Counted from the first letter of the stretch, positions 1-9,201 are shown. The stretch: 64,000 nucleotides of DNA from Candidatus Hydrogenedentota bacterium (GCA_045863295.1 BTWA01000004.1:64001-128000); one strand, 5' to 3'. Program-made: numbers and translations. The notes: a model not told the origin generated them from the letters alone.

Positions 1-446
1 TACTGCGCCTCGCACACCTCCGGATTCTTCACCATCTGCATGATGTAATCCTGATCGATATACTCTTTGCCATGCGCCTCCGCCATCCGGCCGAGTCCAG
101 TGCGCACCGCGTCATGTATGTCGCCAAGCCGATCCTCCGCCTGCGCATAGCCCAATGCATACGCCGCCGCCGTCTCCGTCTCCGCATAGATGTGCGGCAC
201 GCCCCACGTGTCCCGGTAGATGGTCGCGTCTTTGCCGGCGGTGGATTCGGTGGCAGGCTCGGCGGATGTCGCCGCCTCGGGCACGGAAGGCTCTGCGGTT
301 GCCGACGAATCGGCGGGCGCCGCCGGTTCTACGGCTGCGGACGGTTCAACCGGCGCTTCGTCTGCCGTTTCCTTCGGACCACAGCCCACCGTTATCGCCG
401 CCAACCCCAGACTCGCCACCCAGAACCATGTGCGCGCGGAAACCAT
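1..446 (-). CDS. Penicillin acylase / Ntn-hydrolase family lipoprotein (5' part; runs off window)
   Basis: Not in the ORF track (no stop in window). Manual translation from ATG 446 (RBS AAGGAG): MVSARTWFWVASLGLAAITVGC (lipobox), Pro/Ala/Glu linker, then IYRDTWGVPHIYA...YALGYAQAEDRL, the N-terminal signature of penicillin/AHL acylases. Confidence 0.85.
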   Translation of the reverse strand, partial: MVSARTWFWVASLGLAAITVGCGPKETADEAPVEPSAAVEPAAPADSSATAEPSVPEAATSAEPATESTAGKDATIYRDTWGVPHIYAETETAAAYALGYAQAEDRLGDIHDAVRTGLGRMAEAHGKEYIDQDYIMQMVKNPEVCEAQ

Positions 447-956
447 GAATCGCTCCTTGTCGAAAAAAAGTTGTGCGGTCCGGCTGCCCGCCGCCAACGC
501 AACGGAAAACCCACCCGACCGAACGGTACATCCTTGGGCTCGCACCGAAAAAAACGCAGGCGGGAAATAAGAACGAGATTCAAACACACCCGAGTACGGC
601 CCCGCAGGTTTGTTCCGGCACAAACCTTGTCCGCGCTATACCTTAAGCGAAGCCACTCTGCGGGTCAAGGCAGCGAACCCATCAGCGCTCCCAGTACTCG
701 CCGGAACGCCCTCCCCCAATGGAATCGCACACAGACCCCACGAATTCGCCAAATACGCGTCGCAAGTCACCCACAGGCCCGTTGACGGAGACCCCGCCGC
801 GCAGAACGCGCAGGGCGGTGCTATCCGGAACTCGCCGGGTCGCCATCTCCGCGAGGGCATTCGCCGCAAGCCCCGAGGATTCAGCCCATTACCTCCACGA
901 TTCTCGACCCACCCGCGCGTCATCGCACGAATACCGCGCCATTCCCGCATCGCCCC

Positions 957-985
957 TTGACAAAGCGCCCCTCACCCTATATACT
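957..985 (+). promoter_or_regulatory. Sigma70-type promoter of the peptidase island
   Basis: TTGACA (957-962), 17-nt spacer, TATACT (980-985); near consensus, upstream of GGGAGG RBS and ATG 1071. Confidence 0.75.
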
Positions 986-1070
986 TGATACAGTATGGGG
1001 CCTATTTCTATAGGCCGTTGCGTCTTTGGGGGACCGGGGTTGCAGTTCTAACCCGTGGGAGGGCGCTGAC

Positions 1071-2110
1071 ATGCGTTCCCGTACATGGCGCCGCGCAACG
1101 ATTCTTGCCTTTACATCACTCCTCATCCTGCTTGTGTTTGCTCCTCGGAAGGCGGCTACTGCGCCCTGATACATCCCAATTGCTTCGAGGAAGAGTACAC
1201 TGGAGAAACCGTGGAGTGGGATTTGGGCATGGACGGCGAGATCACCAGCGACGAGTATTACTGCCCCGGTGGCCAGAAGATCGAGGCCCTCTGGTCGTCC
1301 TCCGGAATCAGAGATCTGTCGGGGGAATTGTATACACCGTTCATGTACCAAGTTTCCGTATACGCTCCTACCGTCGATCCGGCATCGCTGCCCATCGGCG
1401 TGTGGGAATTGGATGAAATCTCCTCGGAACACACGGAAATACTACCTGGTGGGACCACCACTGTGACCGTCTCCGTGGATCCGGCCATTGAAGGCGCTGT
1501 GATCGCCATGTCACGGGCGTGGGTACCCAATACCGGCGGCCACGTGGCCAACGAGCACGACCCGACAACAGGACCAGGCGCGGGCGGCGCGTTTGAGGAC
1601 TCGCCCATTTCAACCGGCAGCGATGGCACCGCCGACGTTGACTTCACTGCGTCAGAGTTCTCAGGCTCATGGAATCTCGTGGCAACCGCCTGCGGGGAGT
1701 CGATCCAGGCCTATCAGATCGTGCGCGTGCCGAATCTGGTAGCTTTGGGTGAAGGCGCCAACTGGAATCTCTATGGTCGAATGGATGAACACCCCGATGC
1801 TTGGTATGGAACTGCACAAGCGATAACTGCACTCCAAAATATTGCGGCCTCCTACCACGCTTTCTACCCATCGGCACCGGTCTTAGAATACAATGACTGC
1901 AGCCTTGTCTGGGGTGGAGGATTCGATTTGAATACTACATGGTCAACTCCATCAAATCCCGGACATACCGAACACCGGCTTGGGCTGAATTGTGACGTCA
2001 ATGACGTCCCTGAAGCACGTGAGGCAAAATTGTTTGCATTCATCCAGGAAAACAATGGCAGCTACGACGATAAAACTACTCACTACCATGTTACTTTCAG
2101 TTTTCCATAA
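1071..2110 (+). CDS. Secreted Ig-like + LAS/MepA-like Zn murein endopeptidase; apparent 1-nt frameshift near 1143 (ORF track 1085..2110)
   Basis: C-terminal NDCSLVWGGGFD...HTEHRLGLNCD (H-x6-D)...HYH (HxH) LAS metal-ligand pattern; preceding beta-rich TGSDGTADVDFTASEFSG segment resembles Big_1; signal-peptide-like MRSRTWRRATILAFTSLLILLVFA from ATG 1071 is in another frame and stops at 1167-1169. Confidence 0.7.
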
Positions 2111-2144
2111 TCCGCCAGAAAGCGGTATTTGAGCGGAAAGTCAA

Positions 2145-3149
2145 ATGGGTACAGTCTCGATACTTTTACTCTGGGTTGCTCTTAACGCCAACGATCTCCA
2201 ATCGCTGAGGGATGTTCCCCTTTCGAAGCCGTCGTGGCTTGGCCCACTTAAACCGCTTCCGTACGAGACCTATATTGGTGTCGATCCTGCTACTGGCGAG
2301 GAAATTCGACAAGACCCTAAGCCATCGATCAAGTTTGATCCGGAGAAGATTGAATATACCGCGAAATGGTCGGTAGGTCTGGATAAGGAAACGTCTATGG
2401 TGTGGGTGCCTAGCGTCAATCTGGATGTTACCGTCGCCGCTCGTGTGGAGAGACACGGCGATAACTACCTTTTCGTTTACACACTTCAAAACCACCCAAA
2501 CTCTGTACAAACGATGCAGCGATTTATATTGTCTTGCCCAAGCGAAGTGATTCGCGCAGATGCGCCCGAAGGTTCGTGGAGCAAGACCCCTTCGAATTCT
2601 CTCTGGAAGGAGAAATGGTACTTCTGGATGCATTCGTTTCCACCATATGGCATTGCACCTGGATCCAATCAAACGGGGTTCTCCGTGACAAGTCCGGGAT
2701 GGCCCGGTATCGTGAAATGCCACGCTCGGGGTAACGCGCCGGTAACAAAGATCGAACACGAGCCACCCGCTACAATTAGTGGCGCTCTACCCCGGCATAT
2801 GTTGCAGGATAGTCTAGTTGGACAAACAGTAGGCCCCATGCCCATTCCGGCCAAAACAACCGAAGCAATCAACTTTGTTCTCAATGACTTGATGGAATGT
2901 AATGATGCGGCATCGAAATGGGGCTGGGCCACGGATGAAGCCGCAGCCGAGTTGAAATTACAGGTGGACGCATTGACCAAAGCCGTTCAAGAAGATGTAC
3001 CCAGCAATGCGCTGGCCGCATTGGCAGACTTGGCGAAAGCGGTGGATGCGTTGGAAGCCAAGGAGATCATCACCAACGAGGTGGTGAGCGTATACGAAGC
3101 GCGTGTCGACTGGCTCAAAGCGTACTATGAGGGTGCCGGGAAGCCATAG
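2145..3149 (+). CDS. Exported hypothetical protein, paralog 1 (beta-rich domain + C-terminal helical FIMAH-like domain)
   Basis: 334-aa ORF with hydrophobic N-terminus; paralog of 3398..4423 (PLSKPxWLGP, WVPSVNLDV, GxTxGP, KWGWATD, KEIITNEVVSVYEARxDWLKAYYE). Confidence 0.8.
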   Translation: MGTVSILLLWVALNANDLQSLRDVPLSKPSWLGPLKPLPYETYIGVDPATGEEIRQDPKPSIKFDPEKIEYTAKWSVGLDKETSMVWVPSVNLDVTVAARVERHGDNYLFVYTLQNHPNSVQTMQRFILSCPSEVIRADAPEGSWSKTPSNSLWKEKWYFWMHSFPPYGIAPGSNQTGFSVTSPGWPGIVKCHARGNAPVTKIEHEPPATISGALPRHMLQDSLVGQTVGPMPIPAKTTEAINFVLNDLMECNDAASKWGWATDEAAAELKLQVDALTKAVQEDVPSNALAALADLAKAVDALEAKEIITNEVVSVYEARVDWLKAYYEGAGKP

Positions 3150-3311
3150 AAGCTGGAACGGAGATTTACGTGCAGCAATCCCAAATAAGACTTTTGTCTG
3201 GATTAGGAATGCCGATCGGAAATACGGTGCGAGGCCAAGCCAAATACAATGTATGATAGATCCGAACCTGCATGACGCGGCTCCCACCCCGTTCGTGAGA
3301 GGACCCAACGT

Positions 3312-3382
3312 AAACAAGCAAGGCCTTGTTTCCGGCCCCGGCAGGGGCCAGACGTGAATAGCCCCCGGTGAACAACCGGGGG
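3312..3382. repeat. Three short hairpins, REP-like element
   Basis: AAACAAG..CTTGTTT (3312-3331), GGCCCC-ggca-GGGGCC (3334-3349), CCCCCGGT-gaaca-ACCGGGGG (3362-3382) between the two paralogs. Confidence 0.55.
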
Positions 3383-3397
3383 TAAAGAGAAAGCAGC

Positions 3398-4423
3398 ATG
3401 AATCGGTACACGGGTGTTGCGGTACAGGTTGTTTATATCGCATTGCTCTTCAGTCCATTCGCCGCCAACGGGACGGAAATCGAACGCAAACCGCTGTCCA
3501 AACCAGACTGGCTCGGACCAATTGAGCCTGCGCCGTACAAAACCTTTGTAGGTATTGATCCGCAAACAGGCAAGGAAATTCACGAAGACTTGAAACCTTC
3601 CATTGAATTTGATGCCGAGAGGGTCGAATACCACTTGAAGTGGTTTGTACCTTGGGAGAATCGAAACAGTTCCACAATTTGGGTCCCAAGTGTAAATCTG
3701 GACGTTGTGGCTTCGGCCAACGTTGAGTTGCGGGCAGAAGGATATCGGTTTACCTTCAAGTTTCTGAATAGCGAAAAATCAATTCAACACGCATCGGGCG
3801 TAATCATATTCTGCCCGGCAGGTGTTTCCAATGCCAACGGACCCGACGATTCCTGGAAACGACTACCTTCACCCTCCACATCAAAGCGCATATACAACTT
3901 CTGGTTCGATACCAGTCCACCAATCGGTATTCCACCAGGCGATACCGGGGAGTTCACCTTGGTCAGCGCAGGTTGGCCTGCTATTGTGGACTGTCATGTG
4001 CACGGACACGCGCCGACACTTCGGACAGACTCCGAAATGCCTGGAGCGATTGAGAATGCGTTACCCCGAGGCCTGTTGGAAGACTGCCTCAATGGAAAGA
4101 CCATAGGACCCGCACCAATACCTCCGCCAAACGTCGAATCCGTTGGCGCCATTTTAGCGGAGATGAAAGAATGTCCGGATACAGCCTTAAAATGGGGTTG
4201 GGCGACTGATGATGCCGCAGCCCAATTGAGACTACGTGTGGAAACCTTGTCCAAGGCGGCGCACGAAAGCGGCCCCAGGGAAGCCCTAGCCGCGCTGACT
4301 GAACTGAGCAAGATCATTGACGATTTCAAAGCCAAGGAGATCATCACCAACGAGGTGGTGAGCGTCTACGAAGCCCGCATTGACTGGCTCAAGGCGTATT
4401 ACGAAAAGCAAGGAACACTATAA
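3398..4423 (+). CDS. Exported hypothetical protein, paralog 2
   Basis: 341-aa ORF with Sec-like signal (YIALLFSPFAANG); same domain layout as 2145..3149. Confidence 0.8.
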   Translation: MNRYTGVAVQVVYIALLFSPFAANGTEIERKPLSKPDWLGPIEPAPYKTFVGIDPQTGKEIHEDLKPSIEFDAERVEYHLKWFVPWENRNSSTIWVPSVNLDVVASANVELRAEGYRFTFKFLNSEKSIQHASGVIIFCPAGVSNANGPDDSWKRLPSPSTSKRIYNFWFDTSPPIGIPPGDTGEFTLVSAGWPAIVDCHVHGHAPTLRTDSEMPGAIENALPRGLLEDCLNGKTIGPAPIPPPNVESVGAILAEMKECPDTALKWGWATDDAAAQLRLRVETLSKAAHESGPREALAALTELSKIIDDFKAKEIITNEVVSVYEARIDWLKAYYEKQGTL

Positions 4424-4493
4424 GTTCCGTTGCCCGATGCTGCCGTGCCACAAATCGCCCACTTTCTGAAATACCGGCGAGTTCTGGATCGAG

Positions 4494-4865
4494 TTATTCG
4501 CTGATCGGTAGAATCCGCACTCTCGACCTATGCTCGTCAATTGTGATGATGGCGCCACGTTTGAGGCCATCTTCGAATTGGCGTAAGACGGCCATCACAC
4601 GATGCGCACTGTTGGCAGGCAGTATATCGTCCATTCTAAACTGAACCACGCTTGGACCAAGTGCGCGGGTGGCGGCGATAATTGCGCTCATATCCAAATC
4701 ATGGCTCAAGACGGCATAGCCGTTTGCAGCCGCATAGCCCAAAATTTCCGAATCCGATGCCGTGGCTGGACCAACACTGGACCAATGCACGGTTCCGTTG
4801 TATCCATTAGCACCAAGGACTTCGGCCCATTGTGGGCTCAAATTCATGTCAATTATAAATTTCAT
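4494..4865 (-). CDS. DUF5615 PIN-like toxin (VapC45-like)
   Basis: MKFIIDMNLS...ASDSEI...AVLSHDLD...RVRILPI; start overlaps the antitoxin stop (ATGA). Confidence 0.85.
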   Translation of the reverse strand: MKFIIDMNLSPQWAEVLGANGYNGTVHWSSVGPATASDSEILGYAAANGYAVLSHDLDMSAIIAATRALGPSVVQFRMDDILPANSAHRVMAVLRQFEDGLKRGAIITIDEHRSRVRILPISE

Positions 4866-5092
4866 GCCTGCGCAAAAGGCACGTCTATTTCCTCGGCGCG
4901 CCATGATGCGTAAGCAAGGGCCTCATGAATATCATCCTCCTCCAGGTACGGGTACGCCAAGAGAATTTCGGGGATGGTGTGGCGCGAAGCCATGAGGCCC
5001 ACGATCATACCGACCGTAACTCGCATGTGGCGAATGCAGGGCTTTCCGCCCATGACATTGGGGTCGAATGTAATGCGAGTTAGATTCTTCAT
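4862..5092 (-). CDS. DUF433 antitoxin
   Basis: RITFDPNVMGGKPCIRHMRVTV...ILLAYPYLEEDDIHEALAYA; RBS AAAGGA before ATG 5092. Confidence 0.9.
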   Translation of the reverse strand: MKNLTRITFDPNVMGGKPCIRHMRVTVGMIVGLMASRHTIPEILLAYPYLEEDDIHEALAYASWRAEEIDVPFAQA

Positions 5093-5108
5093 TTTCCTTT
5101 GAACTCCG

Positions 5109-5130
5109 TCCGGAACAGTATACATCCGGA
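5109..5130 (-). promoter_or_regulatory. Candidate TA operator overlapping a -10 box
   Basis: TCCGGA-N10-TCCGGA inverted repeat enclosing TATACT (minus strand, 5117-5122) just upstream of DUF433. Confidence 0.4.
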
Positions 5131-5167
5131 AAGTGGGTTCGGCCCGCATCTTCCTTTTTGTCCCGCG

Positions 5168-5626
5168 TCACCCGTAATACCGCATCACGGATTCGATGGC
5201 GAGGACGGGCTTGTCGCCTTTCTCCGTTTCAATGGAAATGGCCACGGTCAGTTGCTTGCAGCCCGGCACTTCCTTGATCGCTTGAAACGTGGCGCGCGCG
5301 CGAATGCGGCTGGGAATCGGCACAGGGGCGGGAAAACGCATCTTCTCGCAGCCGTAGTTCACCACCATCTTGGTGCCGGTCACTTCCCAGATTTGCGCGA
5401 GCAGGTACGGCGCGAGACTCAGCGTGTAGAACCCGTGCGCGACGGTGCAGCCGAACGGCGAATCGGTCTTGCAGCGTTCGACATCGATGTGAATCCATTG
5501 TTCGTCGCGCGTGACCTTGGCGAACGTGTTCACGTCTTCCTGCGTCACGTCGTGCCAGTCCGACACGCCGACTTCTTGTCCAATGTAATCCGCGAGCGAA
5601 TCGTAAGGTATTTGTTTGAGAGCCAT
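5168..5626 (-). CDS. MaoC-family (R)-enoyl-CoA hydratase/dehydratase
   Basis: FAKVTRDEQWIHID...TVAHGFYTLSL...NYGCEKMRFPAPV hot-dog fold motifs. Confidence 0.9.
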   Translation of the reverse strand: MALKQIPYDSLADYIGQEVGVSDWHDVTQEDVNTFAKVTRDEQWIHIDVERCKTDSPFGCTVAHGFYTLSLAPYLLAQIWEVTGTKMVVNYGCEKMRFPAPVPIPSRIRARATFQAIKEVPGCKQLTVAISIETEKGDKPVLAIESVMRYYG

Positions 5627-5718
5627 GCAGGGAAACAATGCCTCCAATGGTCGGGCGTATCAGCAGCATCCACCTGCTGATTGTGCCACAGGCCGTGCGC
5701 GCGGAAAAAGCCCGGAGG

Positions 5719-6516
5719 TCACAAGCCTGCCGTTCGATAGAGTTCCCACTCCGGTTCGTTCTCGAAAAGCCAACGGTAATACTCCTGATGCTCCAGCCGG
5801 CCCGCCGCCGCCTCGTCCACGATGACGGAACACCGCGGGTGCAATTGCAGGGCCGTGGCGGAGATCATGGAGGTCACCGGGCCTTCCACGGCCTTCGCGA
5901 TAATCTCCGCTTTGCTGCCGCCAACCGCGAGCAGTACGCACCGGCGCGCTTCCAGAATCGTGCCCACGCCCATGGTAATGGCCCGCTTGGGCATCCGGTC
6001 CACACCGCCGAACAGCGGGCCGTTCTGTTCCAGCGTGCGCGGGGAAAGCGCCTTCGCGCGCGTGCGCGAGAACATCGCGGAAAGCGGTTCATTGAATCCG
6101 ATATGGCCGGTGCTTCCGATGCCGAGCAGTTGAAAGTCGATGCCGCCGCATTCGCGGATGGTGTTCTCGTACACCTCGCACTCGTGATCGAAGTCCGCCG
6201 CCGCCCCGTTGGGCAAATGTGTGTTGCGAATGTCGATGTTCACGTGATTGAACAGGTGCTTGTTCATGTAATAGCGGTACGAATGCTCGTTCTCCGCCGG
6301 AATGCCGATGTACTCGTCCAGGTTGAACGTGGTCACGCGCGAAAAATCGAGATCCTCTTCGTGGTGCAGCCGAACGAGCATCGCGTACACATCTTCCATC
6401 GTGCGGCCGGTGGCGAGACCAAGCACAAGCCGCGGCTTGGCACGTATCTCGTTCGCGATAATGCGCGCGGTCAGTTCCTCCGCGGCGTCCTGCGTGGGCC
6501 GGATTATGACTTCCAT
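5719..6516 (-). CDS. nagB: Glucosamine-6-phosphate deaminase
   Basis: VLGLATGRT, TFNLDEYIG, GGIDFQLLGIGSTGHIGFNEP, AITMGVGTIL. Confidence 0.95.
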   Translation of the reverse strand: MEVIIRPTQDAAEELTARIIANEIRAKPRLVLGLATGRTMEDVYAMLVRLHHEEDLDFSRVTTFNLDEYIGIPAENEHSYRYYMNKHLFNHVNIDIRNTHLPNGAAADFDHECEVYENTIRECGGIDFQLLGIGSTGHIGFNEPLSAMFSRTRAKALSPRTLEQNGPLFGGVDRMPKRAITMGVGTILEARRCVLLAVGGSKAEIIAKAVEGPVTSMISATALQLHPRCSVIVDEAAAGRLEHQEYYRWLFENEPEWELYRTAGL

Positions 6517-6553
6517 ACGTTTCCCTCTATCTCTATTCGTACACGACCGCGTT

Positions 6554-7513
6554 TCACTCAAACGGAAACAGCGATAGGACTCGACTGTAAATCTCGACGG
6601 CTATCGCATGATGCCCGGGCGACGTGCGCGCAAACCGCTCCATCATCACCCCGGAGTTAATCTCCAGCACCGACAACCCCTGACGGCTGCGAATCACGTC
6701 CACGGATCCAAAACGAAGATCGATAGCCTCCGCCGCGCGGACCGCCAGCGTTTCCACGGACGCCTCGCTCACAATCTCGGGATACGCGCCGAACGCCAGA
6801 TTGTGCCGCCATTCCAACGGAAACCGCATACCCTCGGGTACTACGGTATGCTGACTCGACAACACTTCGGGCCGCCACGGCATCCGCCGAATCAACTCGT
6901 CGGGCAAGTCCGCGATCAGCTCGCGCAGGGTCCGCTTGCCGTCTCCGGTGATTTCCGGGCGAATTTTCCGGAAGCAGGTCTCCACCGTTCCATCAAGCAC
7001 CACACAACGGTACTCGTCGTCTATCGATGCAAACGGCGACAGGCACACGCTGGGATAAACGGCGAACAGCCGCTGAACGATGGTCTCCAGGGCCACCATG
7101 GTGCAGGCTAGCTCCACGTCAATCCCGCCCGTGCCGTTGTTCGGTTTACACACCACTCCTTCGTCGTGCCGCCGCAGGTACTCGCGCATGGAGTCCCAAT
7201 TGCCCGCATCGTCCACGTACTTTTGCCGAATGGCCGGATTGAGAAACAGCACATGCTCGACACAAGGCACGCCGGCCAATGTCAGCGCGTCCCACGTGGC
7301 GCACTTGTCATCCGCGACCAGCATTGACGTTGCATTGTTCAGGCCGAAATCATACCCAAAGAGATAGCCCTGCCGGCCGTCTTTCGACAGCCGGAACACC
7401 CAGCCATTCGATTGCGGCAGTTCGGTCAAGGCAATGCCATGCTTCGCGGCCAACGATGGCAACACCTGTACCAGGAATCGTTGATGGTTTCGTTCCATTC
7501 GGCAGTCATCCAT
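6554..7513 (-). CDS. ATP-grasp ligase (RimK / cyanophycin-synthetase-like)
   Basis: DDKCAT, VVCKPNNGTGG, EYRCVVLDG, GDGKRTLRELI insertion, FGSVDV...VLEINSG. Confidence 0.8.
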   Translation of the reverse strand: MDDCRMERNHQRFLVQVLPSLAAKHGIALTELPQSNGWVFRLSKDGRQGYLFGYDFGLNNATSMLVADDKCATWDALTLAGVPCVEHVLFLNPAIRQKYVDDAGNWDSMREYLRRHDEGVVCKPNNGTGGIDVELACTMVALETIVQRLFAVYPSVCLSPFASIDDEYRCVVLDGTVETCFRKIRPEITGDGKRTLRELIADLPDELIRRMPWRPEVLSSQHTVVPEGMRFPLEWRHNLAFGAYPEIVSEASVETLAVRAAEAIDLRFGSVDVIRSRQGLSVLEINSGVMMERFARTSPGHHAIAVEIYSRVLSLFPFE

Positions 7514-7723
7514 ACGGAGATCGGCCGTTACGCGCTCCGCACGTACAGGCCTTCACGCATTTTCCACCACGCCTTTCGCAGCCGGTACGTTCGTTAGACA
7601 CTCATGTGCCTGAATCGAATCACGGAGAGTGGCAATCCTCTCAAATTAATCCTCGGGATACGACAATCGCCTGTGCGCCGCATTCGGACGCACAGGCGAA
7701 GTTAAGACGAAATACGTACCCAG

Positions 7724-8632
7724 TTACTGCGCGGGCGCTGCTGGCTGTTCCGCCGCCGGTTCGGTTGTGTCTGGCGCCGTTACCGCATTCGGATCCACGG
7801 AGATATTCAAATCGGTATCCGGCAACTGCAACTCCAAACTCGGCGCCGCCTCGCTTGCCGCATCCGTCGCGGGCTCCGCCGACGTAGCATCCACCGGCGC
7901 GGCCACGGCCCCATCCGGCGTGGCGCTTGCTTCTACAACCGGCGCCGGAAACAAATCGGGGTGCGCGGCCTTCAACGCAGTGAGTTTCTCCTGCGCTCTC
8001 GCAGCCACGGAGGACCCAGGAAATCCATCCACCTGGGTTTGATAGGCGTCGCCCGCCTCTTTGAACTTGCCTTGGGCTTCCAGCACCCGGCCCATGTTCA
8101 ACGATTGGCGCCGGGCGGCGAAACTCTCCGGCCACTTCGTCTGTATTTCCTGATACATGGCAGCGGCCGTTTCCAAGTCTTCGTTGTTCTCGGCAATGTA
8201 TCCGAGACCTTCGACAGCATCGGGCGTATACGGCGAATCGGCAAAGTCAGCGCGTAGCCGTTCAAAAGCGGCCTTCGCCTCTTCATAACGGCCCGCGTCA
8301 TAGGCCGCTTCGGCCGAAAGATACACGGCTTCCGCGCTGGATCGGCCCGCACCTTCCGCAAGTTTGGCTAGATCCGACGCCTTCATTTCGGGCGTGGTCT
8401 GCGCCAGCGCGCGCGCGATTTCGGTCGTGATCGTCCGGTCTTTCTCCAACGTGGACTGACGGTAAATCAGCCCCGCGATGACGCAAGCCGCCACGAATAC
8501 GATTCCACCGATGTACAGCCACGGGTTCGACTGGACGCTCTCCAGGAACCGGTGCAAATCTCCCTTGTCGGACTTCTCGGGAACGAAATGCCCGGGTTTG
8601 CTTTTCTGTTGCAATGCCATGATCTTGTCCAT
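7724..8632 (-). CDS. Membrane-anchored TPR protein (YfgM/CpoB-like) with acidic Pro/Ala tail
   Basis: Single TM (LYIGGIVFVAACVIAGLIY) then TPRs with FADSPY/WPESFA/FPGSSV caps; start could be 8620. Confidence 0.75.
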   Translation of the reverse strand: MDKIMALQQKSKPGHFVPEKSDKGDLHRFLESVQSNPWLYIGGIVFVAACVIAGLIYRQSTLEKDRTITTEIARALAQTTPEMKASDLAKLAEGAGRSSAEAVYLSAEAAYDAGRYEEAKAAFERLRADFADSPYTPDAVEGLGYIAENNEDLETAAAMYQEIQTKWPESFAARRQSLNMGRVLEAQGKFKEAGDAYQTQVDGFPGSSVAARAQEKLTALKAAHPDLFPAPVVEASATPDGAVAAPVDATSAEPATDAASEAAPSLELQLPDTDLNISVDPNAVTAPDTTEPAAEQPAAPAQ

Positions 8633-8713
8633 AACTCCACACTTCAGTTTGGTTGCAGCTACCGGGTCCCGCGCAGGCCATGCAACAAACGGCAACGCCG
8701 CTCCGCACCCTCG

Positions 8714-9199
8714 TCAATACACCCGGCCCCATTCCACGATTTGCCACTTGCCGCTGATTTTTTCCAGGTACACGTCCACCCGGCCCTGCAAATTGATGGG
8801 CGGGTCATCGGCCACGTTGAACGGTTCGGCCAAGGTGCCAAATGTCTCCACCGCCCGCGCCTGCGTGTCATGCACCTCGACGATGGGCCGCACCCGTGTA
8901 ATTCGAATCACCTTGTACCGCTTGAACAAATCGTTCAAGTAATTCTGCATGTCGCCGTAGGTGCGCCCTTCACCATCGCTGTAGGTTCGCGATACATGCG
9001 CCAGCACCCGGAAAATCCGCCGCGATTCCATGCCCTGGTGAATCTCGTCCAGCAAGGCCACAATCTGCTCTTCATCACTGGCTCGCGGAGCCGTGATCCC
9101 CGGAATGTCTACGCCCGGCACTTCCACTGGAAGCCGGCTATTGCACTGCACGGCCAGCGGTATCAGCAACAGGGCCAGTACCGGGGCGGTATATTTCAT
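8714..9199 (-). CDS. Putative lipoprotein, NTF2-like fold
   Basis: MKYTAPVLALLLIPLAVQC lipobox-like; ends VDVYLEKISGKWQIVEW, typical of NTF2-like proteins. Confidence 0.65.
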   Translation of the reverse strand: MKYTAPVLALLLIPLAVQCNSRLPVEVPGVDIPGITAPRASDEEQIVALLDEIHQGMESRRIFRVLAHVSRTYSDGEGRTYGDMQNYLNDLFKRYKVIRITRVRPIVEVHDTQARAVETFGTLAEPFNVADDPPINLQGRVDVYLEKISGKWQIVEWGRVY

Positions 9200-9201
9200 G
9201 T

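Noticed and set aside
447..956. Structured RNA in the long divergent intergenic region
   Set aside because: Only a short hairpin (about 604-630) and A-runs; no recognisable riboswitch or ncRNA family.
72..988. Plus-strand ORFs 72..785, 220..570, 610..960 and others
   Set aside because: Arg/Pro-rich shadows of the minus-strand acylase gene or of intergenic DNA; no motif or RBS support.
3055..4365. Diversity-generating retroelement TR/VR pair
   Set aside because: Differences between the similar tails are mostly synonymous and not adenine-specific, both copies are coding, and no reverse transcriptase is present.
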